Of a stretch of DNA of 30,458 bases, positions 6,807 through 15,855 are shown one piece after another; position 1 is the first letter of the stretch; every line of letters begins with the position of its first letter. A model generated the notes under the pieces. It had not been told where the DNA came from and made no database searches. It saw nothing but the letters and a program-made list of their open reading frames with translations. Source of the DNA: Candidatus Spongiisociaceae bacterium (GTDB lineage: Bacteria > Actinomycetota > Acidimicrobiia > Spongiisociales > Spongiisociaceae); contig CBDCOH010000001.1 in assembly GCA_965219685.1 (NCBI GenBank), positions 1 to 30,458 on the forward strand. Reading direction: 5' to 3'. A program made the position numbers and the translations under genes.

Positions 6807-7801
6807 CATTCACCACCGAGGATTATCTCAAGACCTTTAGCCGCCGGACGGTGGCTCAGCTTCGGGATGAGACGCTGATGCTCCAATTGGTGTCTTCGGC
6901 CGATACTGGGCCCTGGGCGTCCGGTCAGGCTCACCAAACGTTCATTCCGGTGCCCAACTGGACGCCTTCCGGGTCGGGAGCGTCGGCGGTCGGTGTCCAG
7001 GCCACGACTCGTGCTCGTAAGGGCAACTGGGCTGGGATCCGATACGGTGACCAATCCATCCTGACATTCGAACGGTCGGGAGGGTTCGCCACCACCAACG
7101 TTGTGCCCTGGGAGGATGCCATGGAGGTGCCTTGGCCGGTGCTTGAGCAAACCAGGGCACGTCAGGCCTATGAGATGCGCCGGCAGATCGACCGGGCCCT
7201 GTGGGCGGCGATGCTCGCCGGTGTTGCCTCGAGTGACACAACTCGGATCGGGACGGCCACGTCGGTGTTCATCACTCCGACTTTCCCCTACGCAACTACC
7301 GGAGCCGCCGGGTCGTTGATTTACGACGCTGTGCGCCAATTCGCGCTCAAGTGCAAGGTCAACAAGGTGGACTCGAACACGTCGGACAACTTCGGACGCA
7401 AGTACATGATCATGCATCCGGCGTGTTTCCAGGCGTTGATGGACTACATGCTCGACCAGAAGTTCTCGTGGGATCGGTTGACAGAGAACGTGCTGGCTCA
7501 GAACACTGTCCTCGGTGGGGGCGCTTACGAGGGGCGCTTGCACGGTGTTGACATCCTGTCGTACGATGGGATCACGGCTCCGACCGCTGGGACGACTGCC
7601 GGTACCAACGACTGGCCGATTCTGTGTGGTGTGCGGGAGGCGTGGCGGGGTGCGGTCCGTCCCACGATCGGACAGTACTTCGCACCTGCGACGAACCAAA
7701 TCACTGACAACCCGGCGCATATCATGCGCCAGGCCGGTGACTACGGCCTGCTCGAAGTTCACGGCTCGTTGCAACACCGGTTCAACCTGAGGACTCAATG
7801 A
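6803..7801 (+). CDS. Major capsid protein (P22-coat/HK97-fold type)
   Basis: 332 aa; QAYEMRRQIDRAL, KYMIMHP and EGRLHGVDILSY motifs; follows the scaffold gene. Confidence 0.88.
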   Translation: MTFTTEDYLKTFSRRTVAQLRDETLMLQLVSSADTGPWASGQAHQTFIPVPNWTPSGSGASAVGVQATTRARKGNWAGIRYGDQSILTFERSGGFATTNVVPWEDAMEVPWPVLEQTRARQAYEMRRQIDRALWAAMLAGVASSDTTRIGTATSVFITPTFPYATTGAAGSLIYDAVRQFALKCKVNKVDSNTSDNFGRKYMIMHPACFQALMDYMLDQKFSWDRLTENVLAQNTVLGGGAYEGRLHGVDILSYDGITAPTAGTTAGTNDWPILCGVREAWRGAVRPTIGQYFAPATNQITDNPAHIMRQAGDYGLLEVHGSLQHRFNLRTQ

Positions 7802-8391
7802 CCTCAGGCGGGCCCTATCCGGCTCTTTCGGGGGAGATCGTCAACACGGCGGCGACGACGACCTACGCCAATGTGTTGGCCGCTGATCGTGCTCGTGCGG
7901 TGGCCATCTCAGCATCGAATGAGGTGCGGTTCGTGTTTGCCGGTTCTACTGCTCCGACTAACGACACTGGGGCGATGATTATGACGGCTCATGCCAATCC
8001 GATGATCGTTGAGGTGCCTGCCGGGTTGAATATGTGGATGCGTGCCAACTCCGGCAATCAGCGGGTGTCGTTGATGCTCGTCGATCCGGTTGATCCTCCC
8101 AACGGGCCCGGGGTGTTCACGGTTGAGCGTGCGTCGGGTACGTCGGCGACTGTCAAGTGGGAGCCGTCGGATTGGGGAACACGGCCTACCGGCGTGCAAC
8201 TCCGGTACCGTCGTCGCAATGGTGGCGATACGGGTTGGGGGAGCTGGTCGAACGTGACCGGTGAGGACTTCGCAAGCGGGGAAGACACGATTACCGGGTT
8301 GACGGCTGGTGCTCGACGGTATCAAGTCGGGTTGATCTTCACCGCCAACTCGGGCAACTCAGATGAGACCTACGCGGAAGTGAGGATATGA
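7798..8391 (+). CDS. Putative head decoration / virion protein with a C-terminal FN3 domain
   Basis: Beta-rich N-domain followed by PNGP...ATVKWEP....QLRYR....TITGL....YQV. Confidence 0.65.
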   Translation: MTSGGPYPALSGEIVNTAATTTYANVLAADRARAVAISASNEVRFVFAGSTAPTNDTGAMIMTAHANPMIVEVPAGLNMWMRANSGNQRVSLMLVDPVDPPNGPGVFTVERASGTSATVKWEPSDWGTRPTGVQLRYRRRNGGDTGWGSWSNVTGEDFASGEDTITGLTAGARRYQVGLIFTANSGNSDETYAEVRI

Positions 8392-9101
8392 CGACTGGAA
8401 GAACTGCTGATCTGCGGGTCTGGCTTGGCCGGTTGCGCACGGTGGTGGAGATCACCGAGCTGCTCGGCGGCAGTGTGAGCGGTAGCGCAAGCATCACCAC
8501 CGAACCCGCCCTGGGACGGGTCATCGAACAAGCGAGTGTTCACTCCAAAGGCGTCGCTTTCGATCTCACGAGTCTCTATGACGGAACCGAGACCGACGGC
8601 CTCATCTCGACCATCCTGGGAACCGACTACGCAACCGGCGAATCGGATGCTCCGACGCTGGTCATCGGTGAGGTTGGAGGCGCCCTGGTGCACTTCACCG
8701 CTTATCCGGTAGCCTTCCGTCGACCCGGTTTTGAGGCTCCGGCGGCTGATGCCATCACCCGCCCAGTGTCTTTCGGGGCGCAAGGCCGAGGCTATTACGG
8801 CTTCCGGGCGTCGGCGGGCAACGCCGGCACCACCGCACGCACCATTCTCGCGTCGAGCGTTAACCGGGATGGTGGAACACCACACCTGACCCATCTGATC
8901 CTGATCCTGCCGAGCATCACCACCGGTGTGACACGTGTGCGCATAGCTGATGGGTCGACAAACTCGGACTTTACGCAAGCGGGATTGAAGATCATCTCAC
9001 TATCGACGACCGATCAAGCCGTGACGATCACCACCAGCGGCGCAAACGGCCAACCCTACGTGGCGTTCTTTGGTGGAAGGGAGGCTGTGGCAAGTGGCTA
9101 A
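8388..9101 (+). CDS. Virion structural protein, tail-tube-like N-domain plus C-terminal beta domain
   Basis: Thr/Gly/Ser-rich, 237 aa, coupled in the structural operon; FEAPAADAITRPVSF resembles a tube-fold terminal strand. Confidence 0.5.
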   Translation: MTTGRTADLRVWLGRLRTVVEITELLGGSVSGSASITTEPALGRVIEQASVHSKGVAFDLTSLYDGTETDGLISTILGTDYATGESDAPTLVIGEVGGALVHFTAYPVAFRRPGFEAPAADAITRPVSFGAQGRGYYGFRASAGNAGTTARTILASSVNRDGGTPHLTHLILILPSITTGVTRVRIADGSTNSDFTQAGLKIISLSTTDQAVTITTSGANGQPYVAFFGGREAVASG

Positions 9102-9483
9102 CTCACGATCTGGGGCCGTTCAACGGCTCACTATCGACTCGACACTCCTCGCCGCTCCGGGCGTCGACTCCGGCCTGTCCGGGTTCTCATGGTCTCCGGC
9201 ACCGGCAACGTTCAACTCCGAATCCGGTGGGCTGACAACGACGCACAACGCCGGGCCGGTGGTCATCACCGGGTCGTTCACGGTTGACGAAACCGAGGTC
9301 ACCCTGCCGGTGCTGTTAGACGCCAACGGGTCACGGGTGGAGATCGAATGGGAACCGCACGGGTCCGGCTCCGACGGCTACACTTTCGACGCCGTCCTCA
9401 CCGTATCGAGGACCTTCGCTGATCGTGGCAAACGCACATTCCAAGTCAGCTTCACTGTTGATGGAACTGTAACCATCGGTTAA
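9094..9483 (+). CDS. Major tail (tube) protein, ~129 aa, GTG start
   Basis: GGAGG RBS at ~9080; beta-strand pattern ending TFQVSFTVDGTVTIG; precedes the tail chaperone. Confidence 0.7.
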   Translation: MANSRSGAVQRLTIDSTLLAAPGVDSGLSGFSWSPAPATFNSESGGLTTTHNAGPVVITGSFTVDETEVTLPVLLDANGSRVEIEWEPHGSGSDGYTFDAVLTVSRTFADRGKRTFQVSFTVDGTVTIG

Positions 9484-9503
9484 ACCTCAACTAGAGGTTT
9501 AAC
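9480..9503 (+). promoter_or_regulatory. Inverted repeat (terminator-like) containing an operator-like CTCAAC-N5-GTTTAA site
   Basis: TTAAACCTC-AACTA-GAGGTTTAA, followed by an AT-rich tract. Confidence 0.55.
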
Positions 9504-9552
9504 GTGCGAAATGGTTCAAAGTGTCGGTTTATAGGAAAATTTTATAGGCAAA

Positions 9553-9726
9553 ATGCGTAAACAACTCAAAGAGGCATTGGCCACTATCGAGCGGATGAAG
9601 GACGACTTCCTTATCCATAAGGTCAACGAGATTGATCTAATCTGGCTCTACATCGGCTACACGACCAACTGGGCGCGCCGATTTGATCAACACGTAGCTC
9701 GACTCAAGGAGGATGGCCATGTATGA
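9553..9726 (+). pseudogene. Truncated GIY-YIG endonuclease remnant (57 aa; absent from the supplied ORF track)
   Basis: Hand translation contains LYIGYTTNWARRFDQH; the N-terminal GIY strand is degenerate and the downstream catalytic Glu region is missing. Confidence 0.6.
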
Positions 9727-9991
9727 CCGCATTTTCGAGTCGGAAGATGAGCACGGGAAACCGGACATCTACCACGTTTTCTACCGTCGTCTCAGCTTGG
9801 CCGAGTACATCGAACACGTCCTGCCGATCAAGGACGGTAGGGGAGAGAGAGACGTGCTTGTGCTTCTCCAATCGGCATTACGGGAGATGGTTCGTGACAT
9901 CACCGGGGCCGTCACCAAGACTGATGATCTTCCTCTCGATTTAGCCTTGGAGGTATACGCCGGTCATCCGGCGCTGTCGAAAAGAGGCTGA
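9719..9991 (+). CDS. Tail assembly chaperone (short form)
   Basis: AAGGAGG 6 nt before the ATG at 9719; position after the tube gene; overlapping downstream frame. Confidence 0.7.
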   Translation: MYDRIFESEDEHGKPDIYHVFYRRLSLAEYIEHVLPIKDGRGERDVLVLLQSALREMVRDITGAVTKTDDLPLDLALEVYAGHPALSKRG

Positions 9992-10193
9992 TCTGTACCG
10001 GGTTGGTCAAGCGCACGGTGAGGGCGTCAACCATCCCCGATTCGACCATCCACTTGGTAGCGTGTTGGGCATGGCTTTCTACTACCGGATCAGCCCGGCG
10101 GACTTGCTGGCGATGGACGCTGACCTCTTCCTCAAATGGGAATCGTACACGTCGGGTGTCCTCCGAGGACATGAGATCGTGAGGGGCCGATGA
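9984..10193 (+). CDS. Frameshift extension of the tail assembly chaperone (+1 frame, 69 codons)
   Basis: Frame open 9945-10193, encoding MAFYYRISPADLLAMDADLFLKW, the typical long-form chaperone C-terminal motif; slip site AAA-AGA at 9980-9985. Confidence 0.65.
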   Translation, partial: EADLYRVGQAHGEGVNHPRFDHPLGSVLGMAFYYRISPADLLAMDADLFLKWESYTSGVLRGHEIVRGR

Positions 10194-10218
10194 GGCTGTC
10201 ATCGACCCCTCAGAGTGA

Positions 10219-10752
10219 TTAGACGAGTTGAGGCTGCCGGTCTTCGGCGGGGAGGGCCTGCTCGTCGAGGGACTGTTGCCTTGCCAACTTCGCCAACTTC
10301 GCAGTCGCTTCCGTCAAGGTGACCAAAAGGTCTTCGGCGGGGAGGGCCTGCTTGGTCAGGGACTGCATATGTTGCGTTGCCAACTCCGCAGCCGTGTCCA
10401 TCAACGTGACGCAAAGGTCGATCGTCGGGCCGTCGTTGAGTTGAATGAGGGTTCGCAACTCTGATTTGATCCGGGTCTGGACGTGCTTCCCGTTGCGATG
10501 GAGTGAGTCAGCGGCATCACGGCTTTTGGTTGCGATCAGATATGTGTAGTTGCCGTTGTCGCGAACGCAAACCAAGGCTTTGCCCTGGGTCTGTTCTGCG
10601 ATGGTCTTTCTCGCACGGGTGATAGCTGGGCGGATACTGGCCGGACGACGATCAAACATCTTGCAAAGGTCCATCAACGTCATCCCGGCGGGATGGATGG
10701 TGAGCAAGTGAATGAGGTCATCCGCTCTTTGTTCGAGAGCTGTTTTCTTCAT
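10219..10752 (-). CDS. Winged-HTH-like protein with a helical C-terminus
   Basis: AGGAG RBS, ATGA coupling; HPAGMTLMDLCKMFDRRPASIRPAITRAR; duplicated QALPAED. Confidence 0.7.
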   Translation of the reverse strand: MKKTALEQRADDLIHLLTIHPAGMTLMDLCKMFDRRPASIRPAITRARKTIAEQTQGKALVCVRDNGNYTYLIATKSRDAADSLHRNGKHVQTRIKSELRTLIQLNDGPTIDLCVTLMDTAAELATQHMQSLTKQALPAEDLLVTLTEATAKLAKLARQQSLDEQALPAEDRQPQLV

Positions 10753-11447
10753 GTGGTCTCCTGGAGTTCTGCCAATGCGCCGTCCCAATCCGCTTGTCCG
10801 GTGACGGCAAGCATCAACTCAACCATCTCGTCGATGTCCGCTTGGGCGTGGGCTTTGGCGGTCGGGTCTTTGTCGATGGCTTCACCGATGTCTCGGAGTA
10901 GAGGCATGATCTGGCCGATTTTGGCTTTGATCCGTTCTCCCCAATGCACTTCGACCTTCCAAGGGGGGCTGACCGTTTTGTGTTGTTTCTTGGGCGTGGG
11001 TGTTGCGATTCGGACGGCATCGCGGGCGGCTTCGGGAAGCTCTTCCTCGTAGCTGGTTCCGCGTGCTTCGGCTCGGTCTTCCGCAATCCGATGAGCCGTC
11101 TTCACCTTGTCATAGTGGTTGCCCTGAACCGAGGTCGGCTGGACGCCTAGCTCGGATGCCACCGCGGCGGCGGCCTCATATTTGCTGGGTATCAACTGAC
11201 GGGTGAGCGCATCCGAAAAGGGGATGATATTGTCCCCATTCCGGAATTCTGCGTACGCCAACGCGTAACGGCTGATCGTCTTCCTGTCTCGTCCGACGTC
11301 TCTCCCGTATTGGACATACGACACTCGTTCGGGGTTGCCGGACTCAGGATGCGTCCACCACCACCGAATCCCCCCCAACCGCTCACCGACCGCGTCCGCC
11401 TCCTTCTGCAAACGACGATCCCTCGAAACTGCTTCGGTATACTTCAA
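10749..11447 (-). CDS. Putative DNA-binding protein with two HTH-like motifs (232 aa, TTG start)
   Basis: AAGGAG 5 nt before the TTG at 11447; YGRDVGRDRKTISRY and VASELGVQPTSVQ. Confidence 0.65.
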   Translation of the reverse strand: MKYTEAVSRDRRLQKEADAVGERLGGIRWWWTHPESGNPERVSYVQYGRDVGRDRKTISRYALAYAEFRNGDNIIPFSDALTRQLIPSKYEAAAAVASELGVQPTSVQGNHYDKVKTAHRIAEDRAEARGTSYEEELPEAARDAVRIATPTPKKQHKTVSPPWKVEVHWGERIKAKIGQIMPLLRDIGEAIDKDPTAKAHAQADIDEMVELMLAVTGQADWDGALAELQETT

Positions 11448-11496
11448 TGTTGCTCCTTCCAATAGATAGGCAGCTAATAGATAGTGTAGCATACTA

Positions 11497-12267
11497 ATGA
11501 TTCTTGAGGGTGACTGTCTTGATCGGCTTCGTGACGTGCCCGCCGAGTCGGTGCAAGCGATCATCACGTCACCGCCTTATGCCGAGCGCCGGAGGAACCA
11601 TTACGGGGGGATCCCTGCCGCCCGGTACGTGGATTGGTGGATGAAACGGGCCGATAAGATGCTGCCCGCGCTCAAGGCGGACGGGTCCCTGTTGGTGAAC
11701 ATCAAAGAGCATTGCGAGGGCGGGCAACGGTCTACCTATGTGCTGGAGTTGGTGTTGGCGATGGTGGAATCAGGGTGGCGGTGGATTGATGAGATGATCT
11801 GGCACAAGCCGAATCCGGTGCCCGGCGAATACGGGCCTCGGCTCAAGGACGGCTTCGAACGATTGCTTCATTTTGCGCCCGCCCGTCCCAAGTTCAACGT
11901 GGATGCGGTCGAATATCGGAGCGTGGTGCCGCCGAGAAAGGGGATGAACGTGACGCATGGTACCGCGCGGGTGGTCTTCGATCGGGCGCATGGAAGAGAG
12001 GTCGCCCGTCCGTCAAATGTGTTCCGATTAGCCATCGGAGGCCGGAACCATGCTAAGCATTCCGCTGTGATGCCACTAGCGCTTGCCCGCCAACTTGTCC
12101 TGCTGCTCACTGATGAGGGTGATACGGTGCTCGATCCGTTCGCTGGATCGGGTACTACCTTGTTGGCCGCCGAGCAACTGGGCCGCCGGTGGGTCGGCAT
12201 CGACATCGTGCCGGAATACGTCCGTAAGATGCGGCAACGGTTGGCGCAAGGTAATCTTCTCCGATGA
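11497..12267 (+). CDS. Site-specific DNA methyltransferase, beta class (N4-C/N6-A)
   Basis: ITSPPY catalytic motif precedes the VLDPFAGSGTT SAM-binding motif; IWHKPNP; HSAVMP. Confidence 0.93.
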   Translation: MILEGDCLDRLRDVPAESVQAIITSPPYAERRRNHYGGIPAARYVDWWMKRADKMLPALKADGSLLVNIKEHCEGGQRSTYVLELVLAMVESGWRWIDEMIWHKPNPVPGEYGPRLKDGFERLLHFAPARPKFNVDAVEYRSVVPPRKGMNVTHGTARVVFDRAHGREVARPSNVFRLAIGGRNHAKHSAVMPLALARQLVLLLTDEGDTVLDPFAGSGTTLLAAEQLGRRWVGIDIVPEYVRKMRQRLAQGNLLR

Positions 12268-13529
12268 TCCGTTGGTCTCCGAAGCAACGGGATCTCGTCC
12301 GGGCGATCAACGACGACGTAAGCCGGATCATCATAGCTGTCGGACCGGTCCAATCCGGGAAAACACTGTCAGCGGTCTACGCCTTCCTCCTCTGGGCGAT
12401 GAAACACCATACCGGTGAGGACTTCCTCCTCGCTTCCTCCTCACGGAAGCAATTTGAGGGGTCTGTGCTCAAAGCGGCTATCGCTTTCTCGGATACGGTG
12501 GGCGGCAACTGGACTCGTCGTCAAGATTGGTATCAAATGCGCTCGATCAAGGGCGGCTACAACCGGTTTTTTTCCTTGCTCGGAGGGAAGACGGGTAGCG
12601 GTGAGCAAGCTCGAAGCTTTTCGGCTATGGGGGCGCTCGGTGATGAGGCAACGGTGCTGGCTGACGACTTTGTAGACGCCTTGCAAGACCGGTGCTCAAG
12701 GCCGGGCGCAAAGCTGATTCTCGTCACCAATCCGGCGGGGCCTGCTCATCCGATCAAGACGAATTGGGTGGATCGGGCTGATGGTGAGGAAATCAAACAC
12801 TTCCGGTTCGAGCTTGCCGATAATCCGTCCCTCGATTCGTTCTATCTCAAGACCTTGGAACGGAAGTACGACGGGGCGGCCAAGCGTCGGATGGTCTATG
12901 GTGAATGGGCGGCCTCCGGCGGTGCGATTTTCCCTCACATTGGAGAAAGCATCTCAAGGCCGCCGGACAACTATGGCGTCACCAAGTGGATATGTGGTGT
13001 TGACTGGGCGCACTCCTCGGTTACTCACGCGGTGCTCGTCGGGCAACTCACCGATGGGACGTTCTGGGCGTTGGACGAATGGCGGCATGATGCGGTCGAG
13101 GACGGTGCGCTCGCGGTCAAAGAGCAAGCTCGGCGGATCGCTCGATGGATCGGGAACCGTAATGTGAGCCGGTTGCTCATTGATCCGTCCGCTAATCAGA
13201 TGTGGCGTGCGCTCCGGCTTGCTTTGCCGACTGTCCTCTGTGTCCTCGGTGATAACGACGTTCTTCCGGGTATTCAATACCTGCGGCAAGTCACCGAGGA
13301 GGGGCGTCTTTGGATCGCGGATCCTCGATGCAAACATCTTGTGAGTGAACTCCAAAATTATGAATGGAACGAGGTTGCCGGTAAGAGAGGTGAGGACAAG
13401 CCGATCAAAGAGAGGGATCATGGGGTTGACGCGTTGCGCTATGTGATGTGGGGATGTCACGGACCCAAACGGCAAGTGCGGGTAGTGCGGTCCCGTGCAA
13501 GGGCCGGGGGGCGGCTCCGGCCTCGGTAA
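12264..13529 (+). CDS. terL: Terminase large subunit (PBSX-like)
   Basis: Walker A GPVQSGKT, Walker B LGDEAT, TNP, nuclease motifs GVDW and DHGVDALRY. Confidence 0.95.
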   Translation: MIRWSPKQRDLVRAINDDVSRIIIAVGPVQSGKTLSAVYAFLLWAMKHHTGEDFLLASSSRKQFEGSVLKAAIAFSDTVGGNWTRRQDWYQMRSIKGGYNRFFSLLGGKTGSGEQARSFSAMGALGDEATVLADDFVDALQDRCSRPGAKLILVTNPAGPAHPIKTNWVDRADGEEIKHFRFELADNPSLDSFYLKTLERKYDGAAKRRMVYGEWAASGGAIFPHIGESISRPPDNYGVTKWICGVDWAHSSVTHAVLVGQLTDGTFWALDEWRHDAVEDGALAVKEQARRIARWIGNRNVSRLLIDPSANQMWRALRLALPTVLCVLGDNDVLPGIQYLRQVTEEGRLWIADPRCKHLVSELQNYEWNEVAGKRGEDKPIKERDHGVDALRYVMWGCHGPKRQVRVVRSRARAGGRLRPR

Positions 13530-13538
13530 CCTCCGAGT

Positions 13539-14846
13539 ATGTCTTACCGCAATGCTTACGCCGGGCTTGACGGCTTCCCCGGCACCTCAACTCAAGCCGA
13601 GCGGACGCTTGCCGATGCGGTGTCGTTCGATGTGTACTGTCGGCCTACCGAGCTTGCGCCCGGGGAGAAATGGCCGCCGAATCGGTTCACTGATCGGGAC
13701 GCTCGGCTTGCCACCTTAGAGGGGCTGTGGCGGGGCGATTTCGGGACGATGGTCGACCTCGGGCTGAACGCCGTCGTCGTCAACGAGTTCCACACCTACT
13801 CCACCAAGCTTGCCAACATTCTGTTGGTGTCCGAGCCGGTAGCCGAGGGGCTTCGGGTCGTGCCCGGCTTGATCGAAGAGGTGTCGGGTGAGACGGCTCC
13901 GGGTTTGGGTGACACAAATGGGCTCATTGAGGTTTGCTACGATGCGATCGTCGATTTGACTCGGTTTGGTGGGGCCGTTCTCCTCCGGCAAGGTGACCTA
14001 TTGACCGTCGTTCCCGCCACTGCGTGGTATCCGACAAGGGATTCGGGGACCCTATTCACGTCGATCTGGCTGTCGGATGATGCCGAAGACGCCGTGCCCA
14101 ACCGTCTTGACGTGCTCCACGTGGCCGACGGTCGTGCGACTCGGATCACCTACGAATACCAAGATGGTCAACTTGGTCGGCGGCTGGATTCGGAGGACCT
14201 GGGGTCTGCCGAGGTTGAGGTTGTCCGCCGGGAGCCGAATATCGGTATCTGGGGGACCGCTAAATATTTGGAACTGTTCCCGCTGGTAGTTGAGCAATGC
14301 CGACGGTTTAGCAAGAACTCGCGGGTGCTTGATCTGTTCACCTCTCCGGCGCCGGTGTTCCGCCAGGCCGACTTGGACGCTCGGGCGATGTTCAACGTGG
14401 CCGCCGACGACACGGACGATGAGGCGCAACGAAAAATTTTGGAGGGTCAAGTCGGTTTGCTCGATGAGGACACTATCCACCTGCCCGATGATCTCTTGGA
14501 CATCGACTATTTGCAACCGTCCACCGAGGGCGTGGCTCATGCTCTTGAGCAAGTCGAGTCGATTGACCAACGGCTCCGTTCGGTGGCCGGTCTCCCCGAC
14601 CTGTCGGGTCAGACTTTCTCGGGGGAGGCTCTCAAGCGGGAGTTCATCCACTTCTACGCCGAGTCACGGGCGATCCAGGTTGCACTCAGAGCGTCCTTAG
14701 AGCGTCTTCTGGGTGTCACGGTGACTTGGGAACACATATTCGACACCGACTCATTCTCGGAGGCACCTCAGCCGGGTAGGGGCGGCCCTAACGCCGTGTC
14801 CGACCCGATCGGCGGGGAAGACGAGATGGAGGAGCCGATCGAGTAA
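13539..14846 (+). CDS. Portal protein
   Basis: 435 aa directly after terL; VVNEF, SGEALKR motifs and an acidic tail as in SPP1-like portals. Confidence 0.82.
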   Translation: MSYRNAYAGLDGFPGTSTQAERTLADAVSFDVYCRPTELAPGEKWPPNRFTDRDARLATLEGLWRGDFGTMVDLGLNAVVVNEFHTYSTKLANILLVSEPVAEGLRVVPGLIEEVSGETAPGLGDTNGLIEVCYDAIVDLTRFGGAVLLRQGDLLTVVPATAWYPTRDSGTLFTSIWLSDDAEDAVPNRLDVLHVADGRATRITYEYQDGQLGRRLDSEDLGSAEVEVVRREPNIGIWGTAKYLELFPLVVEQCRRFSKNSRVLDLFTSPAPVFRQADLDARAMFNVAADDTDDEAQRKILEGQVGLLDEDTIHLPDDLLDIDYLQPSTEGVAHALEQVESIDQRLRSVAGLPDLSGQTFSGEALKREFIHFYAESRAIQVALRASLERLLGVTVTWEHIFDTDSFSEAPQPGRGGPNAVSDPIGGEDEMEEPIE

Positions 14847-15238
14847 TGGCGGGATTGAAAGACCGCATCGACGACCACCTGGCGACGCTGGATGAGGTAA
14901 CGCTTGCCGCTTGGAACGAGCCCGTCCTCCGGGCCACTCGTGGGACCGATGATGCCGAGTTCAAGCCGACCATCAGCACCCGGTACATCGGTACGGTGCT
15001 CCTAGCGAATCGCCGGCGGTACACCGTGGAGGTGCGCATGATTTTCGGACCTGCCGAGTCCGTCCGCTGGTCGGAAGGGGCCGGGATACAAGAATGGGAC
15101 GAATGGTTGATAAACCGGCTCAACGAGGTCGAGTCCTGCTACCCGGAGCTACTGTCGTCGTTTGTCGATTACGGTGTCCAAGTTGCGGGTACTCGACGAC
15201 CGTATATCGCTTTGGGTGTGCGGGTGGTGGACCGCTGA
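14846..15238 (+). CDS. Putative tail terminator / head-tail joining protein (130 aa)
   Basis: Size, position and coupling; alpha/beta pattern. Confidence 0.5.
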   Translation: MAGLKDRIDDHLATLDEVTLAAWNEPVLRATRGTDDAEFKPTISTRYIGTVLLANRRRYTVEVRMIFGPAESVRWSEGAGIQEWDEWLINRLNEVESCYPELLSSFVDYGVQVAGTRRPYIALGVRVVDR

Positions 15239-15852
15239 TGCCTAGACGCGGGTCACCTTCCGAGGCTCTTATGAGCGCCTACTTTGTGTTGCGGGACGAA
15301 CATGTGGACACATATGAGAATCCTCACGCTTATGAGACGCCGAGCTTGTCCGACCAGATCAACTTCGCCAACCCGATCCGGGGCCTGGTATCCGGTGTTG
15401 TCGGTGAGATGATGAGACGTAACCCGTATTGGCCGGTCGACACGGGAGCGTCACTGGAGGGTTTTTACTGTGAGTCGATCGGTGGGGGACGGGACTCCAA
15501 AGTGTTCAGGTGGGCCGTTCGCAACCGGTGGTTTTACGCTGCCTACGTCGAGTTGACAGAGTTCGGGACCACTACTGATCCGCAACTGAAACGGCTTGGG
15601 GGAGGGACGATAACCCGCCGTCGTCGGGTGACCCGGTTCCAAAACTCGGGAACCGACGGACCTGCCCAAACTTGGCTTGATGAGAACCTGGGGCCCCTGT
15701 CGTCGATCATGTTCTCTTCCACTGCCACCTTGTGGGGGCATGGTGTGTTCTGGCGGGGCCGTGGCGGGTTGCAACGGTCCGGTAACCGGTCGGGGTTGCG
15801 TCAGCGGATCGTGGCTCAAGCGAACGCTCAAGTCCGGGCCTTACGGGGGTAG
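15238..15852 (+). CDS. HK97 gp10-like tail completion protein
   Basis: WPVDTGASL and YAAYVE motifs, basic C-terminus; TGATG overlap at 15238. Confidence 0.65.
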   Translation: MPRRGSPSEALMSAYFVLRDEHVDTYENPHAYETPSLSDQINFANPIRGLVSGVVGEMMRRNPYWPVDTGASLEGFYCESIGGGRDSKVFRWAVRNRWFYAAYVELTEFGTTTDPQLKRLGGGTITRRRRVTRFQNSGTDGPAQTWLDENLGPLSSIMFSSTATLWGHGVFWRGRGGLQRSGNRSGLRQRIVAQANAQVRALRG

Positions 15853-15855
15853 AAG

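Noticed and set aside
11497-12267. Complete restriction-modification system
   Set aside because: No recognisable cognate endonuclease next to the MTase; its neighbours are terL and HTH proteins.
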